A DNA stretch of 64,000 nucleotides from contig OY764216.1 of NCBI GenBank assembly GCA_963668315.1, positions 2,976,001 to 3,040,000 of the forward strand, given 5' to 3'. The stretch is from Spirochaetia bacterium. GTDB taxonomy: Bacteria > Spirochaetota > Spirochaetia > DSM-2461. Both the position numbers and the translations under genes were made by a program. How positions within the stretch are numbered: the first letter of the stretch is position 1; every line of letters begins with the position of its first letter. The notes beneath the pieces are model-generated. The model had not been told where the DNA came from. It ran no database searches and worked only from the letters and a program-made list of their open reading frames with translations. This document shows positions 17,663 to 26,982 of the stretch, piece by piece.

Positions 17663-18667
17663 TCAGGCCATCCTCTCAAAGGTTTTTTTGTCAATGCCGT
17701 AGGCAAGGGGTTTTCCCGCCAGATAACGGCGGCAGTCGTCAATGGCATACTGGCCCATACGGCGGCACTCCCTTTCCAGAGAACCGGCGATATGGGGCGT
17801 CAGGAAGACATTGGGAAGGGTGTACAGGGGCGAACCGTCCGCCGGGGGTTCCGGATCGGTGACATCCAGCATGGCCGTCAGATCGGGTCTCTCCTTCAGT
17901 ACGTCAATCATCCTCTCCTCCTCGATGACCGCCCCCCGGGAGGTGTTGATCAGGACGGCATGGGGTTTCATGGACCCGATCAATTCCCCCCTTATCATGC
18001 CCCTGGTCTCGGGCAGGTTGGCCGTATGGATGGAAATGGCGTCGGAACGGCGGAAGAGCTCTTCCAGCGAAACCGATTCAACCCCCTCTTCACGGGCCCG
18101 CTCTGCCGTCATGCTCTGGCTGTAGACGAGGATGTTCACATCGTAGTTCTTCATCAGCTTAAGGACATGTTTCCCTATCATCCCCAGGGAGACCAGTCCC
18201 ACCGTGGAACCGTAAGCCCCGTGTATGGTCGTCCCTCCCTGGCTGAAATCTTCCCGGCATCCTCCGGCCAGGCGGGACATGAAGAATGGCGCCTGTTTAA
18301 GACCAAGGATCAGGCCGGCGGCACAGAACTCCGCCACCGGGACGGCATTGGCCGCATAGGAACTGGTTATGGTTATCCCTCTCTCCCAGAAAGCCTCGGT
18401 CATGAAGCCCCTCAGGGAGCCGGCGCCGTAGAATACCGCTTCAAGCCGGGGGGCGTGGGAAAGGAACTCCTCATCCATGGTGACCATGCCCCAGCCGGAG
18501 AAGATGATTTCCGTCTCTTCGAGAAGGGGGTAATTCCTTTTAATGGAATCGGAAGTCTGCGGTTCTCCGATAATTTCAACCATATCTTCAATCTGTTTCC
18601 ATTCTTCGGGGCCGTAGATTTTTTCTAAGGCCGAATCGTCTAAAAGGAACAGGGATTTTTTCTTCAT
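17663..18667 (-). CDS. D-isomer-specific 2-hydroxyacid dehydrogenase
   Basis: SLGMIG, INTSRG, LDVTDPEP, LTPHIAG. Confidence 0.9.
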   Translation of the reverse strand: MKKKSLFLLDDSALEKIYGPEEWKQIEDMVEIIGEPQTSDSIKRNYPLLEETEIIFSGWGMVTMDEEFLSHAPRLEAVFYGAGSLRGFMTEAFWERGITITSSYAANAVPVAEFCAAGLILGLKQAPFFMSRLAGGCREDFSQGGTTIHGAYGSTVGLVSLGMIGKHVLKLMKNYDVNILVYSQSMTAERAREEGVESVSLEELFRRSDAISIHTANLPETRGMIRGELIGSMKPHAVLINTSRGAVIEEERMIDVLKERPDLTAMLDVTDPEPPADGSPLYTLPNVFLTPHIAGSLERECRRMGQYAIDDCRRYLAGKPLAYGIDKKTFERMA

Positions 18668-18679
18668 AATGCCTCCCGA

Positions 18680-18724
18680 CTCTTACGTAAGAGATAGGAT
18701 ATCATAGGTCCGGTTATCTGTCAA
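18680..18724 (-). promoter_or_regulatory. Promoter of dehydrogenase operon with palindromic operator
   Basis: TTGACA-N17-TATCCT (extended TG) on minus strand; perfect 14-bp palindrome CTCTTACGTAAGAG at 18680-18693. Confidence 0.65.
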
Positions 18725-18733
18725 AACAAACAC

Positions 18734-19965
18734 TTAATGTTCCTATTCTTTGACATCAATGCGTTCCTAGACCGCTTTTTTATTTATCGGATTCAGAAGA
18801 GTTCTCTTCCAGTGAGCTTTCTGAAAATCCGTAAGATGCTCTATAAAATCCTCTTCTCTTTTTCTACATCCATGGAAAACCTCGTTAATTATCGCCCTGT
18901 TTTTTTCCGGTGTAAAACCGGCAGCATGACTATGTGTAAGATATTTTCTGTTCCTTTTATTTATTCGAAAAGGTTTAAGGAAATTATGCCAGAAGCAGTA
19001 GCAGGAAAATCTGTCCATACTGTTATTCATATTTCTTCCAAACTGAACCGTCTCCCGTATATATTCGGCTAAATCCTTTCTTATCTGTCTGTCTATATAG
19101 TTGCAGGGGAATAATTTGTTTTGATAATTCCGTTCTATTCGGGAGTTCGTCCTTCTGTGGCGTATTTTGGCTGAAAGAAATTCGTATTGTTCAAACTGAT
19201 AACGATAGATAGGATGTTCATCCGTATCAAGAATAACAGAGGGCAAGGAAGATTTTTCTGATTTTTCCGAAAGAAAGCGAAGTATCTCCCTGAAACTCCG
19301 GGAGGCAGCTCCCTTCTCAAACAAGGCTGACTCATAGAGTTCTGATTTCCTTTTTTTCTGTTCTTCTGTGCAGGCTCCCTTACGCTTAAAGTGGTAGGCA
19401 TTGAAGGTGTAGATAAATTGGGATCGTTGACCAGCCAGGATATTTACATTGGTCGGGAAATACTGGGAGAGGATGAAATTTTCCAACCCGTCGGCGGCCA
19501 CCGATTCACTGAGCTCCAAATCATGGATTTCCTTAGGACATACAGAAATTATTCTTTTCGACAGACGTTGAATGCGGTTCGTGATGATACTGGGTGAGGA
19601 ATGCATGGCCCGTGCCATATCTCTGATGCCTGAACCGCTGACAAGATGGTTCAGAAGGGTGGGGTAAGAAAGCTTCTTGTGAACATAATGGTCTATTGTG
19701 AAATAAGATAGAGAGAATGTGGATAAACAGTCCTTGCATTGATAACGTTGAACCATGCCATCCCTCTTTGTTTTTACAAAGCCCTTCTTACGTATCCAGG
19801 AATTGCTTTCAGTTGTATGAGGATGATTAACGCACTTCGGATTAGGGCAGTATATCTGATTGGACAATGTGAACCTCCTTCTTTCAAGTCACTAATAGAA
19901 GGGAGGATTTTTTGAGTAGAAAACCCGATATTTCAGAAAATTATGTCAAATCTTTGTGACATTAA
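18734..19965 (-). mobile_element. Putative insertion sequence, IS1-like transposase, imperfect 23-bp terminal inverted repeats
   Basis: TTAATGTTCCTATTCTTTGACAT (18734-18756) versus reverse complement of 19943-19965 TTAATGTCACAAAGATTTGACAT, 17/23 identical; encloses one transposase-like ORF; AT-richer than flanks. Confidence 0.7.
18767..19867 (-). CDS. IS1-like transposase (zinc ribbon, HTH, RNase H-like catalytic domain)
   Basis: CPNPKC...QRYQCKDC; GIRDMAR HTH; acidic motifs ADGLE, DTDEH, YIDRQIR; C-terminal RETVQF..HNFLKP; TTG start after AAGGAGG. Confidence 0.72.
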   Translation of the reverse strand: MSNQIYCPNPKCVNHPHTTESNSWIRKKGFVKTKRDGMVQRYQCKDCLSTFSLSYFTIDHYVHKKLSYPTLLNHLVSGSGIRDMARAMHSSPSIITNRIQRLSKRIISVCPKEIHDLELSESVAADGLENFILSQYFPTNVNILAGQRSQFIYTFNAYHFKRKGACTEEQKKRKSELYESALFEKGAASRSFREILRFLSEKSEKSSLPSVILDTDEHPIYRYQFEQYEFLSAKIRHRRTNSRIERNYQNKLFPCNYIDRQIRKDLAEYIRETVQFGRNMNNSMDRFSCYCFWHNFLKPFRINKRNRKYLTHSHAAGFTPEKNRAIINEVFHGCRKREEDFIEHLTDFQKAHWKRTLLNPINKKAV

Positions 19966-20011
19966 CAAAATTGTTCGTGCCGGAAAAAACTTATTGTGAT
20001 TTAATAGTAAT

Positions 20012-21049
20012 ATGTCGCGGAAGTACCGATATCGAATCCTTGAAGAGGATCTCTCTGAAAAAATCCGGAAGAAGGAGCTGGCTCCCCACGATTCTCTCCC
20101 TTCCTATGCAGAGCTCAGGGACAGATACGGTTATTCTATCGCCACAGTCACCAGGGCCTTTGATTCCATGGAAAAGCAGGGACTGATCTATTCGGTTCAC
20201 GGAAAGGGAACCTTCGTCTCTCCCCCCGTACGAAGCCGGAAGATTCTCATCCTTTATCCCGGAGACGGTTTTTACCGCGAATCGGCTCTCTTCCTCGACG
20301 GGGCCCAGAAGTATCTCTTTCAGAACAACCGCTCCTATCTGCCGGTGCTGCTGCCCCTTTCCCTTTTTATGGAGGATCCGGACAGTCTGACAATTTCCTA
20401 TCCCGATATAAAGGGAATTATCATATTCAGGGATTTCCCTTCCTATCTCCGCCTGAAGGAGATGCTTGGCGGGCGGGATATATCCCTCCTTTTCTACGGT
20501 TCCTCCTCCTACCGTCCCCCGCGGGAAGGGAATACCTGGCTGTATGATGAACAGGAAATCGCCTCTCTGGCGGCGGATTATCTTTACAAACGGGGGTACC
20601 GGGAAGCGGGCGGTGTGATATACAACGGGGAGGGCCTGGGAAAATACCGCTTTGAAGCTTTCCGTCGGGAAGCGGGCAAAAGGGGCGTGATCGTCCGGGA
20701 TGACTATGTGTATGAAGGGCCCGACAAGCCTCTGCTGATTGCCCGATGGCTGGGAGAAAGGCATTGGGACGGTCTTCCCCTTTATGTTCCCATGGGGAGG
20801 GACCTTTTCTCCTTCTATCATCACATCCTCCGCTTTCCCCTGGCCATGCCGTCTGAAACGGGTCTCCTGGGCGTTGACAGGACGGAACTGGCCGACCTTT
20901 CCCGGGGGGCTCCGGCCTATCTCGATCTTCCCACCTCCCGGGACGGCCGCGGCTGCGCCGGGTCTCTGATCGATCTGATAGAAAAGAACATTGATTCAAT
21001 CCGGGGAACCAGTCCGGTTCAGGTCATTCCCGGCGATACGCTCAGATAA
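20012..21049 (+). CDS. GntR-family regulator with LacI-type effector domain (AraR-like)
   Basis: LPS..EL...YG.S..TV.RA...GKGTFV wHTH; C-terminal periplasmic-binding-protein-like region. Confidence 0.82.
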   Translation: MSRKYRYRILEEDLSEKIRKKELAPHDSLPSYAELRDRYGYSIATVTRAFDSMEKQGLIYSVHGKGTFVSPPVRSRKILILYPGDGFYRESALFLDGAQKYLFQNNRSYLPVLLPLSLFMEDPDSLTISYPDIKGIIIFRDFPSYLRLKEMLGGRDISLLFYGSSSYRPPREGNTWLYDEQEIASLAADYLYKRGYREAGGVIYNGEGLGKYRFEAFRREAGKRGVIVRDDYVYEGPDKPLLIARWLGERHWDGLPLYVPMGRDLFSFYHHILRFPLAMPSETGLLGVDRTELADLSRGAPAYLDLPTSRDGRGCAGSLIDLIEKNIDSIRGTSPVQVIPGDTLR

Positions 21050-21168
21050 AGGCACCTTTCTCCGGGGAAGTTCATCGATTCTTAACGGTTTTACTTGCTA
21101 TTTTATCGTAATTTCTATACTTTTTTCTCTTATACAAGCCTATGTTTAAACGAATAAGGAGTGAAACC

Positions 21169-22578
21169 ATGGAAATGCATTTGTACAACACGGACGGCCG
21201 TGAGTCTCAAGTTTTTAAACCGATTCAGGAAGGAAAGGCCGGTCTGTACTGCTGCGGACCCACGGTATACAACTACGCCCATATCGGCAATATGCGCCCC
21301 TATACGATTCAAGACGTTCTCAAGAGAGCTCTGACCTATTTCGGTTATGATGTGACCCATGTCATGAACATCACCGATGTGGGCCACCTGACCGACGACG
21401 GAGACGAAGGGGAAGACAAGATGATTAAGGCGGCCCGTGAAAAGGGCATGTCCGTATGGGATATCGCCCGCTTCTTCGAGGACGCCTTCTGGAAAGATCT
21501 GGAACGGCTCAATATTTCCCGCCCTACCGTCAGCTGCCGGGCCACCGACCATATCGAGGATATGATAGGAATGGTCAAAACCCTGGAAGAGAAGGGCTAC
21601 ACCTATATTTCGGGGGGCAATGTCTATTTCGATACGTCAAAGTTTCCCGAATACGGAAAAATGGCCCTTCTGGACAGACAGGAACTGAAGGAGGGAGCCC
21701 GGGTCGGCGTGGACGACAACAAAAGGAACTACTCCGACTTTGTCCTCTGGTTTACCAACAGCAAGTTCGAGAATCAGGCTATGGTCTGGGACTCCCCCTG
21801 GGGCAAGGGGTATCCGGGGTGGCACATCGAGTGTTCCGCCATGAGTACCAAATATCTGGGCAAGCAGTTCGATATCCACTGCGGCGGTATCGACCATGTT
21901 CCGATCCATCATACCAACGAGATCGCCCAGAGCGAGGCGGCCAACGGCTGCCGATGGGTCAATTACTGGGTACACAACGAATTCCTTCTCATGAAAACAG
22001 GCAAAATGTCCAAGAGTAAGGGGAACTTCCTCACCGTACAGAGTCTGGTCGATGAGGGTTATGACGCCCTGGATTACCGTTATCTCCTTCTGGGGGGCCA
22101 CTACCGCTCCCAGCTCGTTTTCTCCTGGGAATCCCTGGATGCGGCCCGTTCCGCCAGGGAGTCGCTGGTTCGAAAGGTAAAGGCCCTTCTTCAGGAGGGC
22201 GAAGCGGACAGGGAACTGGGGGATAAGGCACAGGCTTATATGAACGCCTTTGAAGAGCACCTGGCCGATGATCTCAATACACCCCGTTGTCTGGCGGATA
22301 TGTGGAGCCTTCTTAAGGATAAGGAGCTGAGCTCCTCCCAGAAGCTGGCTCTCCTTTTCCGAATGGACAGTCTGCTGGGATTGAATCTGGAAGAGTCGGC
22401 CGGGGCCGAAGAAGAGACAGCGGAACTGGACGGCGATGTGGAAGCTCTGATTGATGAGAGAAATCAGGCCCGGAAGGAGAAAAACTTTGCCCGTTCCGAT
22501 GAGATCCGCGATGAACTCCTGGCCCGGGGAATCCGGATTGTCGATACACCTCAGGGAACAACCTGGGAAAAAGTGTAA
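21169..22578 (+). CDS. cysS: Cysteine--tRNA ligase
   Basis: CGPTVY, HIGN, PGWHIEC, HHTNE, KMSKS; ATG 21169 after AAGGAG. Confidence 0.97.
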   Translation: MEMHLYNTDGRESQVFKPIQEGKAGLYCCGPTVYNYAHIGNMRPYTIQDVLKRALTYFGYDVTHVMNITDVGHLTDDGDEGEDKMIKAAREKGMSVWDIARFFEDAFWKDLERLNISRPTVSCRATDHIEDMIGMVKTLEEKGYTYISGGNVYFDTSKFPEYGKMALLDRQELKEGARVGVDDNKRNYSDFVLWFTNSKFENQAMVWDSPWGKGYPGWHIECSAMSTKYLGKQFDIHCGGIDHVPIHHTNEIAQSEAANGCRWVNYWVHNEFLLMKTGKMSKSKGNFLTVQSLVDEGYDALDYRYLLLGGHYRSQLVFSWESLDAARSARESLVRKVKALLQEGEADRELGDKAQAYMNAFEEHLADDLNTPRCLADMWSLLKDKELSSSQKLALLFRMDSLLGLNLEESAGAEEETAELDGDVEALIDERNQARKEKNFARSDEIRDELLARGIRIVDTPQGTTWEKV

Positions 22579-22606
22579 CCATATTTCTCGGAGATTGTTT
22601 ACTTAA

Positions 22607-23140
22607 ATGAGAGGAAAAAAAGACAGGCAGACTATTTTCCGCGAGGTCTATGATGAGAATATTACTCTTCTAATAAGAATCGCCTCGCGAATCACCGGCT
22701 CCGTTGAAGCCGGGGAAGATGTCTGCCAGGAAGCTTTTTTTCGTTATTATGAGAGAATCGGCTCCGTCCCCGAAGGAACGGAAGCCCGTTACTGGCTTAT
22801 AAGGGTGGTGAAAAATCTCTCTCTGAATTACGGAAAGCGTAAGGAAAGGGAGCGCAACGCCTATTGGAAGCTGGGGCGGGAGCCTGAAGTGGAGCAGACC
22901 AATGAAGGGGAGGAGAAAATCCTCCTTGAGGAGAGCCGCGATGCGGTGCGAGCTGCCCTGGACAGACTGCCGGCGAAATACCGGATTGTTCTGATTCTGA
23001 AGGAATATGAGAAAATGAGTTATAAGGAGATTGGAGAATCTTTGAAATTGTCCGAATCCAACGTAAAAGTCCGGGTTTTTCGGGCCCGGGAACAGCTTTC
23101 CAAAATATTGACCAAAGGAGATTATCATGTGCCCCGATAA
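22607..23140 (+). CDS. ECF RNA polymerase sigma factor
   Basis: EDVCQEAF, WLIRVVKN, SYKEI..NVKVRVFRAR. Confidence 0.92.
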   Translation: MRGKKDRQTIFREVYDENITLLIRIASRITGSVEAGEDVCQEAFFRYYERIGSVPEGTEARYWLIRVVKNLSLNYGKRKERERNAYWKLGREPEVEQTNEGEEKILLEESRDAVRAALDRLPAKYRIVLILKEYEKMSYKEIGESLKLSESNVKVRVFRAREQLSKILTKGDYHVPR

Positions 23141-23609
23141 AGCTCTTCTGTCAGCCTGGTATGACGGTGAGGTGGAATCCCCCTGGAATGAGGAATTGGA
23201 TAAGCATGTAGAACAGTGCGAACACTGCTCCGCCCTTGTTGATGAACTGGAGAATCTCTCTCTGTTTCTGCAAAATGACGATATCGTGCTTTCCCGTTAC
23301 AAAAAAAGGGAGATTTACCGGCAGGTCATGCATCAGCACCGGAGAAAAAGCATACTGCCCGTCTGGCAGAAATCGGTTCCCTGGCCGGCCGCTGCCGCCG
23401 CGGCGGTGATCCTGGGAATCGCTCTGGTATTTCCCTCTTTTTCCCATACGGGAAGGCCTGTCAGCGAACAGATCGCCCTTTCCGAGGAATCGGACCTGAC
23501 CGCCATGGAGGAACTGATACCGATCATGCTTCCCCCCGAGCAGTCCCTTTCCTATTACGGCGATTCTCAGCTTCTGAAAACCGCCAGTTTTGAAAGGATC
23601 GCCCAATGA
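23127..23609 (+). CDS. Zinc-finger anti-sigma factor
   Basis: LSAWYDGE, HVEQCEHC (HxxxCxxC), single TM; overlaps sigma gene. Confidence 0.85.
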   Translation: MCPDKALLSAWYDGEVESPWNEELDKHVEQCEHCSALVDELENLSLFLQNDDIVLSRYKKREIYRQVMHQHRRKSILPVWQKSVPWPAAAAAAVILGIALVFPSFSHTGRPVSEQIALSEESDLTAMEELIPIMLPPEQSLSYYGDSQLLKTASFERIAQ

Positions 23610-24043
23610 GAAGGGGGGCGGTTCTGGCAGGGGCGTTCCTCATCTTCCTTATACCCCTGTACGGAGAGGATTATATCCTGGAAGTGAAAGTCAATACGCT
23701 CAACGGACTGGGTCAGCCCGTATGGAGCAATACCTTTGAGAGAACCCTCTCCGCCGATGAAAGTGAATCCTTTCTGTTCTCCGCATCCAACGGTTCCCTG
23801 AAGGTCACACTTTCCCTCCATCCCATAGGGGACGATGAGCTTCTGCTCGTAGCGGGAAGCAGCTTTCAGCTGAACGGCGGCGATTCTTCTCCCTCCGTTT
23901 CTGCCAATTTGAAATCCATTTCCTTGAAAAAAGGTGAAAAAGTAGTATACTATCCCCTCGGAAAGAATGACGAAAACAAGGAAGGGGGGACCCTCTTTTC
24001 CATGGAGTTGACTGTAAATCCCCTGGAAGAAGAGAATATCTGA
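23606..24043 (+). CDS. Hypothetical exported protein
   Basis: Signal peptide, ATGA coupling within sigma operon. Confidence 0.65.
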   Translation: MRRGAVLAGAFLIFLIPLYGEDYILEVKVNTLNGLGQPVWSNTFERTLSADESESFLFSASNGSLKVTLSLHPIGDDELLLVAGSSFQLNGGDSSPSVSANLKSISLKKGEKVVYYPLGKNDENKEGGTLFSMELTVNPLEEENI

Positions 24044-24048
24044 AATTT

Positions 24049-25704
24049 ATGCCCAAACGAAATCTTCTCATAATGTCTCTGCTTTTACTGCTGTCGGTGG
24101 CGGCATTTTTTATATTTTCCATGATGAACCGCCGGCCGCCCCGGCTTGATGAACTGAGCAAGCTGCTCTCCGAGCCGGGTGACCGCATTGAAATCACCGG
24201 ACGTCGTTTCGGCAATGACCGGGCCCTCTCCGAAGTGTATTTTGACGACCGGCAGCTGAATCTCTCCCATATCGAGACCTGGAGCGACGGGACCGTGACA
24301 ATTCTGGTACCCCCCTTCAGTAATTCAGCTCTGGTGACAGTCGAGACCGAACACGGCAGAAGCAACCCCCTTGTTCTGTATAATGTCAACGATTTCCCCA
24401 GCTTCTCACTGGAACCCTTTCTCCCCGAACTGCCCTATATCGAGTTTATCGATCCCAGCGAAGGAGGGAGCGGAACCCTTGTTACCATCGAGGGATCGAA
24501 TTTCGGCGATAACCGGCGGAACAGCACCATTATGATCAACGGAAAGAAGGATAACCATCTGGCATTTTTCGATACCCCCCGGCCGAAGGATTTCATCACC
24601 CTTTCGTCAGAGGACTACGTCAGCTGGAACATGAACCGTATCGCCTTCTATGTTCCCGAAGGAGTGGAATCGGGGTTTTTGTATATTAATACCGACCGCG
24701 GATACAGTAATCCCATCTATTTCGACGTCGTCGAGCGGGGAGGAGTCGCCGGGCGAGAGAATCCCGTGCGTTACCAGTTTCTCCAGTCTGTGGAGATAGA
24801 CCGGGTGGGCGCGTGGGAGGACAATACTCTCTTTCTCTGGATGCCCCAGCCTCCCGAGGACGGCCATCAGAGGAATATTTCCCTCCTCTCCGAGTCGGCC
24901 GATCCCTTTCTGACACGGGAGAATCAGACACTTTACCGATTTGACGAGCTATTTTCGGGCCAGTCCCTGAAACTGTCCCGCCAGTTTGTTGCCGATCTTT
25001 ACGACAGAAGAATTGTCTGTGATCCCCCGTCAATCCCCCTTGAATATGACCGGAACCGCGTCCTCTACGGGGAATATACGGCGGATAAACCCGAGTATGG
25101 CCTTGCCGACCGGACCCTCAGGAATAGGGCGGCCTACGCAGCCGGCGGTTATAGAAATCCTTACAGCAAGGCAAAGGCCATCTACGATTTCCTGGTCAGC
25201 CGTATCAGCTGGCAGGAGGAGAGCACCGGTGGAACGGCCCTCGATGTTGTTGACGGAAGGGTGGGGAACGCGGCCGATTACGCCCGGGCCCTGACGGCCC
25301 TATTCCGGTCCCAGGGACTGCCCGCCCGGGAAGTCAGGGGCGTTCTCATTGATCGGGAGAGCGGAGCTGTCCGTTCCCACGCCTGGGTCGAGATCTATTT
25401 TGAAAGGACAGGATGGTTCCCCTGTGACCCCGCCCTGGCCGACGGAGCCTGGGAGATGGAAGGCTACGACAGTGATTACTACTGGGGCGGGGTGACAAAC
25501 GGGCACCTGGCATTTTCCCGGGGAGAAGTGGACTGCGGGGAACTTGACGACAGAACTGTCAGAAAAAAGTGGAATGATCACTACAGCAACCAGACGGTAC
25601 ACGAAGAGAAGCTGGGGAACATCGCCTACTACCGCAGCCGCTGGCCCCTTCCCGAAATCGTTGACATCACCGTCCTGGGGGAAGAAAAAAAATCTTCCGA
25701 TTGA
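24049..25704 (+). CDS. IPT/TIG-domain and transglutaminase-like domain protein
   Basis: Two I.G..FG / W...I...VP TIG repeats; GNAADYA, GLPAR, HAWVE, DP. Confidence 0.8.
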   Translation: MPKRNLLIMSLLLLLSVAAFFIFSMMNRRPPRLDELSKLLSEPGDRIEITGRRFGNDRALSEVYFDDRQLNLSHIETWSDGTVTILVPPFSNSALVTVETEHGRSNPLVLYNVNDFPSFSLEPFLPELPYIEFIDPSEGGSGTLVTIEGSNFGDNRRNSTIMINGKKDNHLAFFDTPRPKDFITLSSEDYVSWNMNRIAFYVPEGVESGFLYINTDRGYSNPIYFDVVERGGVAGRENPVRYQFLQSVEIDRVGAWEDNTLFLWMPQPPEDGHQRNISLLSESADPFLTRENQTLYRFDELFSGQSLKLSRQFVADLYDRRIVCDPPSIPLEYDRNRVLYGEYTADKPEYGLADRTLRNRAAYAAGGYRNPYSKAKAIYDFLVSRISWQEESTGGTALDVVDGRVGNAADYARALTALFRSQGLPAREVRGVLIDRESGAVRSHAWVEIYFERTGWFPCDPALADGAWEMEGYDSDYYWGGVTNGHLAFSRGEVDCGELDDRTVRKKWNDHYSNQTVHEEKLGNIAYYRSRWPLPEIVDITVLGEEKKSSD

Positions 25705-25729
25705 CAGAGGGCAAGTCAAAAAATATAAT
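25701..25729 (+). promoter_or_regulatory. Consensus sigma70 promoter
   Basis: TTGACA-N17-TATAAT. Confidence 0.75.
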
Positions 25730-25757
25730 AGGTATATAAGCCTGGAGGAGTCACACT

Positions 25758-26966
25758 TTGCAGCTCATGAAATTCAACAAGGGTGCCTATATCGTTGTTG
25801 AAGGAAAGATGGCAGATAATCTTTATATTCTCAGGTCCGGAACTGTAGAACTTCAAAGGGATATTGCGGTAGGCGATGGAGAGTCGGATCGTTCCGTTCT
25901 TAAACCGGGAGATCTGTTCGGGGTCGTCTCGGCTCTTTCCGAGCATTTTCATATCGATACAGCCGTAGCGGTGACCGATTGCGAGATCATCGCCATCAAG
26001 GCTGCCGAGTACACGGCGATAATTCAGAAAAAGAGCGATGTGGCCTTGAAAATCATCAACGGCTTTTCCGAAAGGCTCAGGAATCTTGATGAAGCCCTGA
26101 CGCGCATCACCTTTAAAAAAACCGCAGAGATTGATAAAAACCATCTGGTCATCGTAGCCGATTACTACGCCAAGCAGAATAAGTACAACCAGGCCTATTA
26201 CGCCTACCACCGGTATATTCAGACATGTCCCGAAGGGGAGGGTGTCGCCCATGCCCGGCAGACAATGAGTAAGATAAAGCCCTATCAGAAAGCTGTTTAT
26301 CTTGATTCCAACGGAGAGGATTTTATCCGGACCTATCCCGATAACACCATGATTTTCAGCGAGGGCGAGGATGGCTCCGAGCTTTTTATCATCCAGTCGG
26401 GCAGCGTGAAAATTACGAAAATCGTCAACGATAATGAAGTTCTGCTGGCCACTCTGAAGCCCGGTGATATCTTCGGAGAAATGGCTCTTTTGAACAATGA
26501 GCCCCGGTCGGCCTCGGCCATCTCCGGCGGGGAAACTAAGATGATGGCGGTTAATAAGAAGAATTTTGTGAAAATGGTTCAGCAGGAACCTAAGATGACC
26601 ACCCGTCTGACAACTCTTCTGGCCGAGAGAATCTGGGCTCTCTATAAACAGCTGGCCAATGCCCTCATTGAGGAGCCCGCGGCGAAAATGACCGATGCCC
26701 TGTTGATTGAGCTTGAGAAAAACCGGGTGAAATTCACACCCAAACTCAGTCACACCTTTGCTTTGGGGCCGGAGGATCTCATTAAAATGGTGGGCCTTCA
26801 GAATGCGGAGGGTCGTCCGGCTCTGGAAAAGCTGATGAACGAATGTAAAATGAGTATTCTGGAAAACCGGCTTCACACCGATGACGTTATGGAAATCAAG
26901 AAGAATGCCGATTACTACCGTAAAATGGCATTACGGAAGAAACAGAGGGAAGCCTCACGACGCTGA
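25758..26966 (+). CDS. Protein with two cyclic-nucleotide-binding domains and a central TPR (Crp/Fnr-like)
   Basis: LYILRSG.V..PGDLFG and LFIIQSG.V..PGDIFGEMA..PRSASA; TTG start after GGAGG. Confidence 0.85.
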   Translation: MQLMKFNKGAYIVVEGKMADNLYILRSGTVELQRDIAVGDGESDRSVLKPGDLFGVVSALSEHFHIDTAVAVTDCEIIAIKAAEYTAIIQKKSDVALKIINGFSERLRNLDEALTRITFKKTAEIDKNHLVIVADYYAKQNKYNQAYYAYHRYIQTCPEGEGVAHARQTMSKIKPYQKAVYLDSNGEDFIRTYPDNTMIFSEGEDGSELFIIQSGSVKITKIVNDNEVLLATLKPGDIFGEMALLNNEPRSASAISGGETKMMAVNKKNFVKMVQQEPKMTTRLTTLLAERIWALYKQLANALIEEPAAKMTDALLIELEKNRVKFTPKLSHTFALGPEDLIKMVGLQNAEGRPALEKLMNECKMSILENRLHTDDVMEIKKNADYYRKMALRKKQREASRR

Positions 26967-26982
26967 CAGGGAGCTCCGGCTT

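Noticed and set aside
21050..21168. Analogous Cys leader upstream of cysS
   Set aside because: No Cys-codon run and no terminator between promoter region and start
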